NCBI GenBank assembly: GCA_026770705.1
Contig: JANJGN010000075.1
Location: 1,488,001-1,552,000, forward strand
From: Isurus oxyrinchus
Lineage: Eukaryota
Length of the DNA: 64,000 nt
Direction of reading: 5' to 3'
The notes beneath the pieces are model-generated. The model did no database searches. It was not told the origin of the DNA and saw only the letters and a program-made list of their open reading frames with translations. The first letter of the stretch is position 1. Every line of letters starts with the position of its first letter. Position numbers and translations under genes: made by a program. Of the stretch, positions 12,701-24,500 are shown in pieces.

Positions 12701-15260
12701 CTCAGAGAGGTTCAGTCATTCGTTGGCTGCGTCGAGGGACAGGCTGATGGGGTGTGAACACAGCAAAGGGGATTGAAATTTCCAGCGGACCATCCATTGG
12801 TGCATTCGACCCTTTGGCAGCGAACACTGTCCATGAGCTCTGCTCTTCTTTCCCAATTGGAGATATTGTCTGGAGATGGTGTTTGGGGGATTATTCCAGG
12901 CTGCAAAGTGGACGTTTGGTACCGATTCCTGGCACTGGTCCCAGTGTCAGGATAACTTTGCAGTGCTCTGTAAATCCTCAGAAAGACACTGTCAATGTTT
13001 AACCCCATGCACTTAACCTTGCTAAAGTTTTCTGATGAATAAGTTCCCAGGTTAATTTTCTCAAATTTTCACCCCATTTCTTATCACAGAAACAAGCAGC
13101 GGAAACCCCCACATTATATGGGGCAGAAATTAATGTTTACACCTTTACCGCCTTTATTCACCCTGTGCCTGAGCCGGACCAGGAGAGCCGATTAATGCAG
13201 ACTTTGCCCACTTTGCGCCTCCTGTCCTGTGAACCTGTGGATTACAGTGATACAGCCAGACGGGCAGAATCGAAATACAAATGCCCGACCTCCACTGTTG
13301 ACACCCCCCAAACATTTTACCCCACCAGTTCCAACCTCACCCAAAGTCTCCAGCAGAATTGCCAGCGAGAGTCTCAGTTTCCAAATCACGGCGTTGACTC
13401 TGGTGAAACACATGAATCTTCCCAACTGCACAATACACAAACAGATTCTCAATGATTCCCCTTGTTATTTTTGGAGTAGTTCAAGCCCCAAATATTTTCG
13501 CCACACCTTAACCCCTCCCCCTCCACCCAGACAAGTAAATGTTTTATTAAAATCCCAAATATAATCTCCACAAATTCATCGCCCCCCCCTACCCTACACA
13601 AAGCCCAGTAAATGAGTAAATTGATAATGGGGGAGATGGGAAGTGAGAGTTCAACGCTCCACGAGTTGGAGGAACTTTCCTGATTAGAAAGTGATCAAAT
13701 GCCACCATCTTCTGGCGGCTCACAGCTACTGCAGGCGCTGCTCTTTTCTCGTCTCAGAGAGGTTCAATCACTGGCTGGCTCGTTTTGGGCACAGGCTGAT
13801 GGGGCGGGAATGCAGCAAAGGCAATTGAAATTTGCAGTCGTCGCTCGACTAGCGCATTCGCCCCTTTAGCAGCGGGCACTACCCATGAGATCTGCTCCTT
13901 TCCCCATTGGAGATATTGTCTGCAGATGGTGTTTGGGGGATTTTTCGAGGCGGCAATGTGGGCATTAGCTACCGATTTCAGGTACTGGTCCCAGTATCTG
14001 GAAAACTTGGCTGTGCTCTGTAAATCCCTGCAAGACATTGTCAATATTTAAACCCAAAGACTTCATCTTGCTAAATATTTCTAATGAATTGATAATTTTC
14101 AACATTTCTCAGGCCGACTCCTTATCACAGGAACAAACATTGGAAACACCCACATTTCATGGGACGGAATTTAATTTTTACATCTTAACCGCCTTTATTC
14201 AGCCTGTGACTGTGCCGGACCAGGAGAGAAGATTTATACAGATCTTTCCCAATTTGCAGCTCTTGTCCTGTGAACCCGTGGGTTACAGTGATACAGCCAG
14301 ACGGGTAGAGTCGAAATACAAATGCCCCACCTCCACTTTTGCACCGCCAACCCCCACCCCGCCCCAACCTATTTGCCCCATCAGTTCTAAATCTCATGCA
14401 AAGACTCCAACAGAATTGTCAGCGACAGTCCCTCGTTCTGAAACCCGGCGTCGACTCTGGTGAAAGAGGTGAATCTTCCCCTCCCCACAGAATCTCAAAT
14501 GATAACTCCATTAGTTTTGGAGCTGTTAAAAGCCCAAATATAATTCCACACCTTCACCCCACCCACCGGTCAATGTTTTATGAAGACGCAAATGTAATCT
14601 GCACACATTCACCCGCCCCAGTAATTGTTTTATTAAGCCCAACATATAATCTGCACACACGCAAACCCGCAGTAATTGGTTTATTAAACCACAAATATTA
14701 TCTCCACACGTTCACCAATTCCCCCTCCCCCCCCCACGCCCCGCCATAAATGGTGAATTTAAACTCCAATTATGATCTCCACACATTCACCGTCGCCCAC
14801 TATATGCCTAAATTATGGAGGTGGAAAGTGAAAGTTTAACTCTCCACAGGTTGGAGAAACTTCCCTGAGATTAAAGTGTTCCAATGCTGCCATCTGCTGG
14901 CGCCTCACGGCTATTACAGGCTCTGTTCTTTGCCAGTCTCTAGGAGGTTCAGTCACTGGGTGGCTGGATCTGGGCACCGGCTGATGGCGTGTGAGCGCTG
15001 AAAAGGGGATTGCCATTTGCGGCGGGCGCTAGTCTGGTGCATCCGACTTATTAAACCAGGAACAAACATTGGAAACACCCAAATTTTATGGGGCAGAATT
15101 AATTGTTTATATCTTCATCGCCTTTATTCATCCTGTGTTTGTTCTGGACCAGGAGAGACGATTTATACAGACATTTCCCGTTTTGCAGCTCTTGTCCTGG
15201 AAACCAGTGGGTTACAGTAATACAGCCAGGCGGGTAATTTCGAAGTGCAAATTCCCCCCC
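9750..15260. repeat. Tandem array of ~1.1-kb units (about 6 copies, one internally deleted)
   Basis: Shared blocks recur at 10795, 11891, 12648, 13700 and 14885 (spacing 1096, 757, 1052, 1185), plus a degenerate first copy. Homologous peptide-like strings (QERRFIQ...GYSDTARR) recur in the ORF track. Confidence 0.9.
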
Positions 15261-15269
15261 TCCACACTT

Positions 15270-15746
15270 GGAACTCCCTCCCTAACACCACTGTGGGTGT
15301 ACCTGCACCACAGGGACAAAATTCTGGATCTCCCTCCTTAACAGCACTGTGGGTGTACATACACCAAACGGACAAAATCCTGGAACTCTCTCCCTAACAG
15401 CACTGTGGGTATACCTACACCAAACGGACAAAATCCTGGAACGCCCTCCCTATCAGCGGCGTGGGTGTACCTACACCACAGGGACAAAATCCTGGAACTC
15501 CCTCCCTAACAGCACTGTGGGTGTTCCTAAACGACAGGGACAAGATCCTGGAACTCCCTCTCTAGCAGCGCCGTAGCTGTACCTACACCACACGGACAAA
15601 ATCCTGGAGCACTCTTCCTAACATCGCAATGGGTGCACCTACACCACGCAAATGAAATCCTGGAACTCCCTCCCTAACAGTGCCGTGGGTGTACCTACAT
15701 CTCACGGACAAAATCCTGGAACTCCCTCCCTAACACCACCATGGGT
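15270..15746 (+). repeat. 56-bp minisatellite (~8.5 copies) derived from a LINE 3' region
   Basis: Unit actccctccctaacagcactgtgggtgtacctacaccacacggacaaaatcctgga; single-copy homologues lie inside the LINE fragments at ~7870-7925 and ~61545-61600 (rc). Confidence 0.9.
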
Positions 15747-16869
15747 TAACCCTGTGCTAATTGAGGAAGGAGTTAACAACTCAGTTCGTAGAATGTTCAT
15801 GATGACTTGCAGAAGTTAGAGAATAAACGGATTCTGTGCAAAATCAAATAAATATTGTTGTTCTTGCTGACAAATTGGAGGGATAATTGTTTGTAAACGT
15901 ATAACTCTGTAACATCTCCCTGTTCTGAGCAAATACAAGTTGCTACATACAGATGCTACCTGATCTGCTGAGTATTTCCAGCCTTGTAGTATTTGATTTA
16001 CTCTTCCTCATTTAAGATTCCCAGAGTGCGAACGAACAATTAATTCTTAAAGCCTAGCTCTAGTACTTAACTTCTAGCTTGTCTTTGAATTCGGTTCTGT
16101 TTTATAGTAAAGTGGGAAACCTTAGAATTTGTATGCAGAATGCAGAAAATTAATGTCAAGGTAGTGGAGGGGGAGAAATTACATCAAGTTTTTGAGATAA
16201 AATATCTAATCGCAAATAAGTGAAACATTGAGGGTGCCTGTTGGATTGCTTGTGTCTTTAAAACACAGGATTGGAGTTTCTCGGCCCCTCTCGGGATAAG
16301 AGAACTTGGAACCTTGAGAGACGAGACATTCAAACAAAGATGGATGTGGGAAACAGGATGCAATGTTTTGCTGTTCACATGTGAGATGTCTGGGTGGTCC
16401 AGGAAACTACGGTCAAACACCGTGAAAACAATGACTGGGGAGAGGGAGGAGTTTACTGGATTAGAGCCAGTATGGAGGAGACCCGGACTTTGTCTCTGTG
16501 CGGTGGAGAAATCTAGATTACGAGACAAGAACAAATCAGGCAAGAGATAAAGGAGAGGGAAAGAGAGGCGAAATGTGTAGACCTGCCCGAAGATCAAGAG
16601 CTGCAACCAGAGATCTCATTGTGCACTCCCCATTCAGACATAAAACAGTAATGATACAGCGCACTCTGGGTTGTAACTCACTGCCGGCCTTTATAGATAT
16701 AGGTGACCTGAACAGCTGGTAAACCTTTTCCTAACTTGCTCCACTTAAATGTGTCGGATGACTGAACGATTTCCATGTACGATCCCAAAAATTTGGAGGT
16801 TCAGAAGCCTCAAAACCAAACTCCAACATCCACAATATACACATTTAAAAATTCTATATCCCACGTTTT

Positions 16870-17115
16870 TATTTTCTGTCTCATGGGATGTGACCGCCGC
16901 GAGCCAGGCCAGAGTTTGCTGCCCATCCCTAATTGTCTTTGAACCGAATGGATTCCCAGAGCCTTTCGGAGGGCCTTTCACAATCAACCACATTGCGGTG
17001 GGTCTGGAGTCACATGCAGGCCAGACCGGGTAAGGGCGGCAGATTTCCCTCACTGAAGGGCATTAGCGAACCAGATGGGTTTTTCCAACATTCGGCAATT
17101 GCATCAGGGTCACCA
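16870..17115 (-). mobile_element. Shark HE1-like SINE fragment
   Basis: cccatccctaattg...gggtctggagtcacatg.aggccagacc...gaaccagatgggttttt; opposite-orientation partial copies at ~30630-30770 and ~33900-34060. Confidence 0.65.
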
Positions 17116-19389
17116 TATCTGAGATTAAAAACTTGCACACTTCCTTTCGGGTTTTGCCTCATTAAATATGTCACATGTCTGAAACTTTGACAGCGCCACC
17201 CGAAAATTTTGTGGATCAGAACCCACAAAAAGCAACACCAACTCATGCAATAGATTTCACTCCGTTATCTGTTCCACGTAATCTTAGTTTAAACGATTGA
17301 TCAGTTGCAACAGTTGTTCCTGTTCAATTATTCTCGGAACAAACTTGAAGTTGAATTGCAATTACTTTATCCAATCAGGCTAAGCGGAAACGCCGAAACT
17401 GAACCGAAAAGATGTCACTTTGAATCACTGAGAGAAATATTGCTAGTCTTGGTCGCAAGATATTCCACCTAAACATTAAAAGCTTTGCTTTGCTGTTCAA
17501 TCCGAAACGCTTTTAACAACACTGCATCGCAAATAAAGGGGCGGCCGTTTGCAAAATACACCCGGTGCAGAGGAGCCTCAATCAACGCTCTGTTCCAAAA
17601 TATTCTGACATCCTCAGCCCTCTTACCAAAGTCATCAATTATCCTCGAATAAACCTCAGACCCATTTGAATTTACATCTATTAACTCGGCTCAGCTTGAA
17701 TTCAATTTCCATTCATGGAGAAGCGGAAAACATCTCTCACAATCGGGCACATGTTCCACAGCCCAACTGGGATGCCGAGAGGCAGCCCTGTGTTGAAGGC
17801 TGACATCCGCCAATGGCAAAGCGATTCCTGAGTTAAATCATCATCTCACAACCATGTGGGTTAAAGATGCTGCTGTTGACTTCAACAGGAATAGGGTCAC
17901 TACTAGTTAATCAGCCCAGCAACCTGCATCTTGGGATTCTCATCCTTGTACATAAACAAACACGGAGATGATATGACTCCTGCTTTATCTGTATCTATAA
18001 CCACCGCCAGCCCCACAAAACTCCCAGATCTCGGTGCTCCTCTGATCTTAGTGTCGCTCATTTTTCATGATCTCCATTTCTATCGATAACTTTCACAAAG
18101 AAATTTGAATTTCCAGGTTCTCGCTGCAAGAATGAACAGGTCGGGTTTCACGTTATACATGTTGTTACAATAGCAAAATACTAAGAGCAAACAACATTTT
18201 CTTTAGAGAGGCCTCTTATACTTTAATTTGCAGAGATGGCTACACCCACTTTTATGCTAATTATACATCGGACCCGCCCCACCTCCCCCCCCCCCCCCCC
18301 CCACCCCCACCCCCACCACCCAACGAATTCCGGTCCTTACAACAATCCACGAATGCCCCCAGCCTCCAATGGGCTCCCGTATTCTCACTTCACAGAGCAG
18401 TAACTGAGTGCGACGGCATTTTCCGCAATTCTCGGAGATGACCTTAAATACAGCACCAGCAGGAAAGGCCATTCCAAAGATTCTAATTATTCGCGGCCGT
18501 GACAGGATATTCTCCCGGAATCAATAGAAAGCTGCAGGACGCATCTCTTCAGCTGGGTGCTGTCTGCCTTCCGCTTCAGGCTGTGCTATCTCTGAAAGCC
18601 AAATGATCTTTTGTCCCTGCTAATCTCACTGAGCTGTTGCATCTCTGCGATATTCATTGCTTTATCGAGAAGCCTGTAATCTAATGTTAAAATAATAGCT
18701 TATCCCTCTTCTCAGCTGCGAAGCCAAATATTTTAAATTTCACATCGAGGTAGAAATGATAATGAGCTTTTCTTGACCTCAACTATCTTTCATCTTCGAC
18801 GTAAATGGAGAGTTTAAAGCATTACTGTTCAGAATTCTGTAACTTCAACACCTTTCTCGGAGTTTAGGTCTACTCATTGTTAACTGCTGTCATTGTCTCT
18901 GAGCGTAAATACCTTGTGACTTCTTACCAGGAAAATAATCCAAGTCTCATTTTCATCGGTAAACATCTAACCAGCCCTGCTTACTGTCAGGCAATCTGCA
19001 GAACAGGTCAAACGAGCCCCATCACTTACCCTAATTGAAAACTACAATCCTAAAATATTCTAATCCTCTAACATTCACAATTGAAACACACATTTTAATT
19101 GCTGCATCATTGGTAGCCTTACTGCCTGTTAACCTCGGATTCTAAGCTCCGGATTCGACATCATGAACCTCTTTGCACCACAAAATTATCATCATTTCAG
19201 TCGTTGCTGATTGCCTGAACATTAGAGAAAAACTATTTGGTCAGCACGACAGATCTTAAATTGCAAAGGAAGTGTGGCCCGGGAAGCTTTTTGGAATGCT
19301 CTGCTTCATTAGGATGTTTGATGAAGGCAAAGTGTCGCTCTCGGACAGGTATTCTTCTACACAAAGCAATAGATGTTCAGTCGTTCAGT

Positions 19390-19515
19390 ACTGTTAGATC
19401 CAAAACAAAAACAGAATTACCTGGAAAAACTCAGCAGGTCTGGCAGCATCGGCGGAGAAGAAAAGAGTTGACGTTTCGAGTCCTCATGACCCTTCGACAG
19501 AACTGTTAGATCCAA
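19390..19515 (-). mobile_element. Short Penelope-type terminal fragment with target-site duplication
   Basis: ~105 bp nearly identical to the 43411 element, flanked by the direct repeat actgttagatccaa (19390-19403 / 19502-19515). Confidence 0.7.
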
Positions 19516-20351
19516 TACTGGAAATGAAATGGAAACCGTGTCAAACTCCTGCATTTCTTCCACAAAGTTCTCTTCCACTTATCTTCAATTTATATTTATC
19601 TCCGGTGAAATTGCCAAATCGACCACGGAGCTTTTGGCTCTGAGATCAGTTTGTTTTCTATCTAAGTGAAATTTATGGCCGAATTTATTTAATCAAACTC
19701 CAAAACTCCAAAACTCTGCCGGAGATCCGAGCACTCTGTCAATGGCTGGCACGGTTATTCATGGTTCTGGGGAGTGGAACGAGAATGAGGGACAGAACAG
19801 TACAGATTTTTCGCCACATCTTCATTCAACTGCTCGGAAATAAACATGATCGGTTTAGCTCCTATCTGTAACTGCGACGATGCAGTTCACTGGGTGTTTC
19901 AGGATAGTATTTCGAAATCATTCCAAAACATCATTTCACTTGTAGTTGTGACATGCAAACGGCGTCCATGCTTGATTATAAGTCTGAAACCAAAACATTG
20001 AAAATCTTCAAAACCATAACTGTGTCAGTTATGATCCATGAAACTTGATAAGCAATAATATTGTCCAGCCAACAAGCCATTCACTCACGTTTCAGATCTG
20101 CAAAATTGCCAAAAGATTTCGATGGAAGGACTTCGGACAGTGTGTTTTCGCTTCCCACAAAGTGCATGCTGCAGAATCGTTCAGTATGTTAAGGGGAAAA
20201 ACACTCAAAATCCGGAAAAAATGCAGTAAAGGGAGCGAGGGAGAGAGAGTCACACACATAGAGATATAGAGTCTGAGAATTAGAGAGAGAGAGAGAGAAA
20301 GGGAGACATGTCCCGACCATTCATTGACGCAATCAATCAGCGTTAGCTGAC

Positions 20352-21102
20352 CGATTTAAAACACTCTAGAGTCAACCTCAGGACTTCCAAAAATAACAAA
20401 ACGAACAATCAAATACAAAACCGAGGGGCCTCAACATGAATATCAATTGAGCTCCCCCTGCTGTTTTGTGCAGGGAATGTACACGACAATATAGATTGCG
20501 ACGTCGAGTTTGAGCTGTGTTACAGTTGTTAATCATTTATTTGTGTAATTATAGCACCTTGTCAATCCTGTGTATCCACGAGTTCGAATGAGAGAATTGG
20601 AAAATGTTGGGAAAGAGTTTAAACTGCTAACTGATTTTTTTTAGGCCTCGACCCCTTATTTCAAAGAACAAAGAAAAGTGCAGCACAGGAACAGGCCCTT
20701 CGGCCCTCCAAGCCTGCGCCGATCGAGTAGTTTCGGTTCAAAATTCAAAAACCTATATGAATTGAAGAAAGTCCTTTAGGCGGGAAGGTTTAGGTTTAGT
20801 CCTGTTCAACTGAGGGAAGCAGGGACGCCGCTAATTAACGTCAACAATATTGCTGGAGCCTTCATTTCTGATTATGGAGGAAGGAGTGTTGGAGCAAGAT
20901 GGGAGACACCCCAAATTAATGATTAACAACTGTTATACAGCTCAATCTCTCCGTCACAACTGACACTCTGGTGTACATTCGCTGCACAAAACAGCAGGGG
21001 CTGCTCAACTGATGTTCCTGTTGAGGCCTTCGGTTCCGTTTTTGATTGTTTATTTTGTTATTTTTGGATGTCATGAGGTTAACTATAGAGAGTTTTAAAT
21101 CG
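20352..21102. mobile_element. Non-autonomous DNA element (MITE-like) with ~195-bp imperfect terminal inverted repeats
   Basis: 20352-20546 is the reverse complement of 20906-21102 (e.g. cccctgctgttttgtgcag / ctgcacaaaacagcagggg); a short LINE-tail fragment is inserted at ~20665-20722. Confidence 0.8.
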
Positions 21103-21340
21103 AAGGCCGGGAGATGGATGTGAGGAACGATTCCTCCCAGATTAAGTGCTCCTGACCATGATGAAAGACAAACTCACAAAAACAGCCAAATATTTCAGGT
21201 CGTTCTTCCTTCTGGATAACCCATTGTGGCCCAGTCAACACGTGATCATTGTTTAACATACAAAGGTTAACATTTTCAATCATGCAGCAATCACATCCAT
21301 ATCTTATTATATGTTGTACAAAAATTAGTTCTGTTGCTTT

Positions 21341-21450
21341 AACTGTGGTGACCACCTCACTTCCTCCCAGCCTCTGTTTCCTCTCTCATTCAACGCTTTC
21401 TGGTTTGAAATTCTGAGCCCTGGGTAAAGAGAATCAGCCGCAGTTCCTTC
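21341..21450 (+). promoter_or_regulatory. Putative TATA-less haematopoietic promoter (RUNX + ETS/PU.1)
   Basis: TGTGGT at 21344-21349, CACTTCCTC (rc GAGGAAGTG) at 21358-21366, and further TTCC cores at ~21378 and ~21444, all within 150 bp of the ATG. Confidence 0.5.
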
Positions 21451-21485
21451 CAGATCTCATGTCTCGAAGTAGCTCGTACTGGAAC

Positions 21486-21516
21486 ATGGAGACAGGCGTC
21501 TCATTACTGCTCTTTG
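21486..21516 (+). CDS. Exon 1: first half of signal peptide (METGVSLLLF)
   Basis: aacATGG Kozak-like start, hydrophobic codons, TTTG|gtgagt consensus donor, phase 1; preceded by ETS/RUNX motifs. Confidence 0.75.
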
Positions 21517-24500
21517 GTGAGTTGTGAAACAATCTTGTGTAGAAGCCACTGGGTTTCTGGTCTGTGTTGTGTCAGTGGGTAACTCGAACAGTGAGAGTGG
21601 GACTGAGGCATGAGGTGTCCGATATCTGGTAGCTAACAGAATAAAAACAACAACTGGTTTGCTGTACATCATATCAGGTTGGATTGTCCGTGTCGAAACT
21701 TGACTATGTTGCGAGGAACGGGGTGGGAGTGAATCTGCTTTTACTTTATGGGAGATGTTAGTGATTTAGATCAGAGCAGAGAGCAGAGTCTGCTTTTAAG
21801 AGGCATGTACTGGCCCCGTTTCAATGCGTCGATAATGGATGTCCGCTGAGGATACTGTCAGCGCCCTGCTTTACACCTTCTGTCATCAGCTCGTTTCAAA
21901 GGAAAACAGCATCCGAGCTCAGACTTCAACCATACCCTTACCACCGAAGGACAAGGCAGAGAGAGATTTGCCCTAGAACTGTGTTCAAGGGTAAGTCACC
22001 TCTTTCAGTTAAGGGAGAGGACATGATGGAGAAATCAAACACTAACGCTGCTATTTGTGTCCGATTGAGTCCGACCTCGAGATCAGCTGATTAACTTGCA
22101 GGATCCCCAGAGGCCTTGAGTTGAGTTGAATAATGTCCGATCCGTAATTATAGAAACGATGATTATTTTTCCGGAGTTGAAGCAATTCAGAGAAGTTGGG
22201 AGGCGAGAGAAACTTGTTTTGTTTTGTTTTGTTGCTTTTCCTTCTTTTTGGAGCAGAAAAGGTTCAGGAGGGACCTTGCAAATGTATTCATAATCCTATT
22301 TATATTTCATAGACAGAATAGGGAGAACCTGTTTCATTTCGCAAATTGATCTGTAATTATCAATGAATGATCTAACATGTCTAGGTGAGTGAAAATTAGC
22401 ATGGAGATTCTCACATTGAGGCTTGGATTGATCTGGAATGATCTCCTGTAAGAATGGTGCAAGCAGATTCGACCAGAACTTTGAGAATCTATTTGAATGG
22501 AACGGATTATTTACGGACATGAAGTTGGGTTATGTGGGGAAAGGTTCAGATCCAGAATATTTAGTATGGTGAATGGCCTCCATCTACCCTGTAATGTGTC
22601 AAACTCCTCTGCTGTACATTAAAGATTCAAGATTCAACATTTACTTTGGGCTGTGTTTGAGATCTCCATCCAGGGGACATGCTGACCCTACTCTTGGGCC
22701 GATTCCCCGGAGTCACTGACGGGAATCTCGGCCGATATTCACTCTGTTATCCTTTCAGTTTGTTTTCTGCTTAGATGCGCGCATGCGCAGTAGGAGGGCG
22801 AAGGCCTGCCTCTGTCATCTCTGCTCATCTCAGTTCAAGCAACCCTTTCGGTGTCTGCACTCAAATCATCAGCAAGTAATGCTGTGAGTTGCTGGTGGCG
22901 ACCGTGGGGTACATCCCCTGTCGGGAATGTGCATCTACAGGAGATATAGAGAAGCAAATGGGAGAAGGCAGGTGTAAAAGTGAATATTTAGTAAATGTCT
23001 TCTGGCACTTTGTTAGCACAGCCCGACGCTCCCCGCCCCAACTGCGCCCCAATTGGACGCTATGTCCCACCTTTTTTCAACCTGCGCTTCTCCAAGTTAA
23101 AAATACTGACTTCTGCAGTACCAACTTTGAATATTCCTGTTCCTCTTGTGATATCCATTTTCGATATTTCTCTTTCCTCTTCAACATCGAAGCTGAATTT
23201 CAGGCGCTTTATGACATTTGTGATTGCCTGTGGGTTAATGTCTGGACACCACAACATTTCTTAAAATTAAACAGGAAAGGGCATGTCTTTCAGAGACATT
23301 GTGTTAGATATTTTTCATCCCAGGGACAATTCCACAACGGAATAAACAATCAAAGTAAAGAGTAACAGCCCCGTCACTTTAAAATTTCAAGATCTATCTT
23401 TATAATATTTTCATTGTGAAGTTTTCATTACCAGGACTGCTATTTCGGTAGGGCATGCCTGTTTTTGCTAGTTCTAGCTCTATGAATGTTGGTGGAATAG
23501 GGATATTATTCTGTGATGTTAACACAAGAAAAGCCGAAGCAGAAGCATGATTCAGGCTGGGCATATTTCTCATAAATTGTCTTCTCTCAGCTTCTCCATC
23601 CAGTTTTCTGGAGTTGAGCATATTGTTTAGATATAAATCTTTACTGTGAATGAGCACTAATGTCCTGAAAACTCTGTTCCAACCGCTTTGGGGGCTCAGA
23701 GTTAATCTCTGAATCCCCTCATTCCAAACTCTATTTGAAATACTGAAGGGTCTATGTTTATAAACTCCATTATCTATTCATTATTCATCCGAATTGTTCA
23801 TACTTCTTTTTTAGAGGTTAGGAGGGATGGGGCGGGGTGGAGGGGGGGGGGGTGATATTAGATATTTCAACTCTTGGAACATTTCGACAATCCATAATTT
23901 TTTCTGAGAAAAGGTGAAGAAATTCCATGGCTTCTGCCACAAGTGGTGTGGCCCAAAATAATTAACTATTGTGAGCTTCGATTGAAAGAAAAGCAGTGTT
24001 ATTCTTACAGTATATTTTAAATCAATCCATTTGTGCGCGTCTGTCGTTCTCATGCAAATTCTTCTTAGTTTCCCGATCTCCATGGAGAGGAGATGCTGGC
24101 GCGACCAATCAGCGCATAGCTCCCAATCCACTGAAGGAAGACAAATATGATGATAGAGCTTCTTAATGCCTGCTCCACGCAGGGGAACGAGCATGCGCCG
24201 TAGGAGGGAAAAGTTCCTCCAGTGTCACCACTGACGTCAGGTCAAGAAACCCACACTGTTTCTGAAAACGTAAATGAACAGATGACTAGAAGAGTAGTTT
24301 GAACAAGCGCGGGTTTGCATTTGGGAATCAGTGCCCTCGGGAGAATGGAACAAACTGTTGGGAGAATACTTTCAAGCAATTAGAAAACATTCTAATCAAT
24401 TTATTTTGAACGATTCGTTTGTTTCTGAGTCACCGTCCTAATTGACAGTTGCTCAGATCCTCTTTCTTTCTATTGAAGCTCCTTCGAGTTGAAACCTCTG

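Noticed and set aside
9863-15341. Recurrent similar ORFs in the 1.1-kb array read as a gene family
   Set aside because: Frames differ and break between copies, with no consistent splice sites or recognisable domain; the similarity simply reflects the DNA repeat
15270-15746. CRISPR-like regular repeat
   Set aside because: No unique spacers, eukaryotic context, and the unit derives from a LINE
16180-16740. Possible solo LTR
   Set aside because: The composition is suggestive, but I found no TG...CA termini, TSD or second copy
17300-20260. Possible decayed coding sequence on the minus strand
   Set aside because: Stops in all frames I tried and no recognisable motif; only a faint resemblance to the intron-1 unit near 19820
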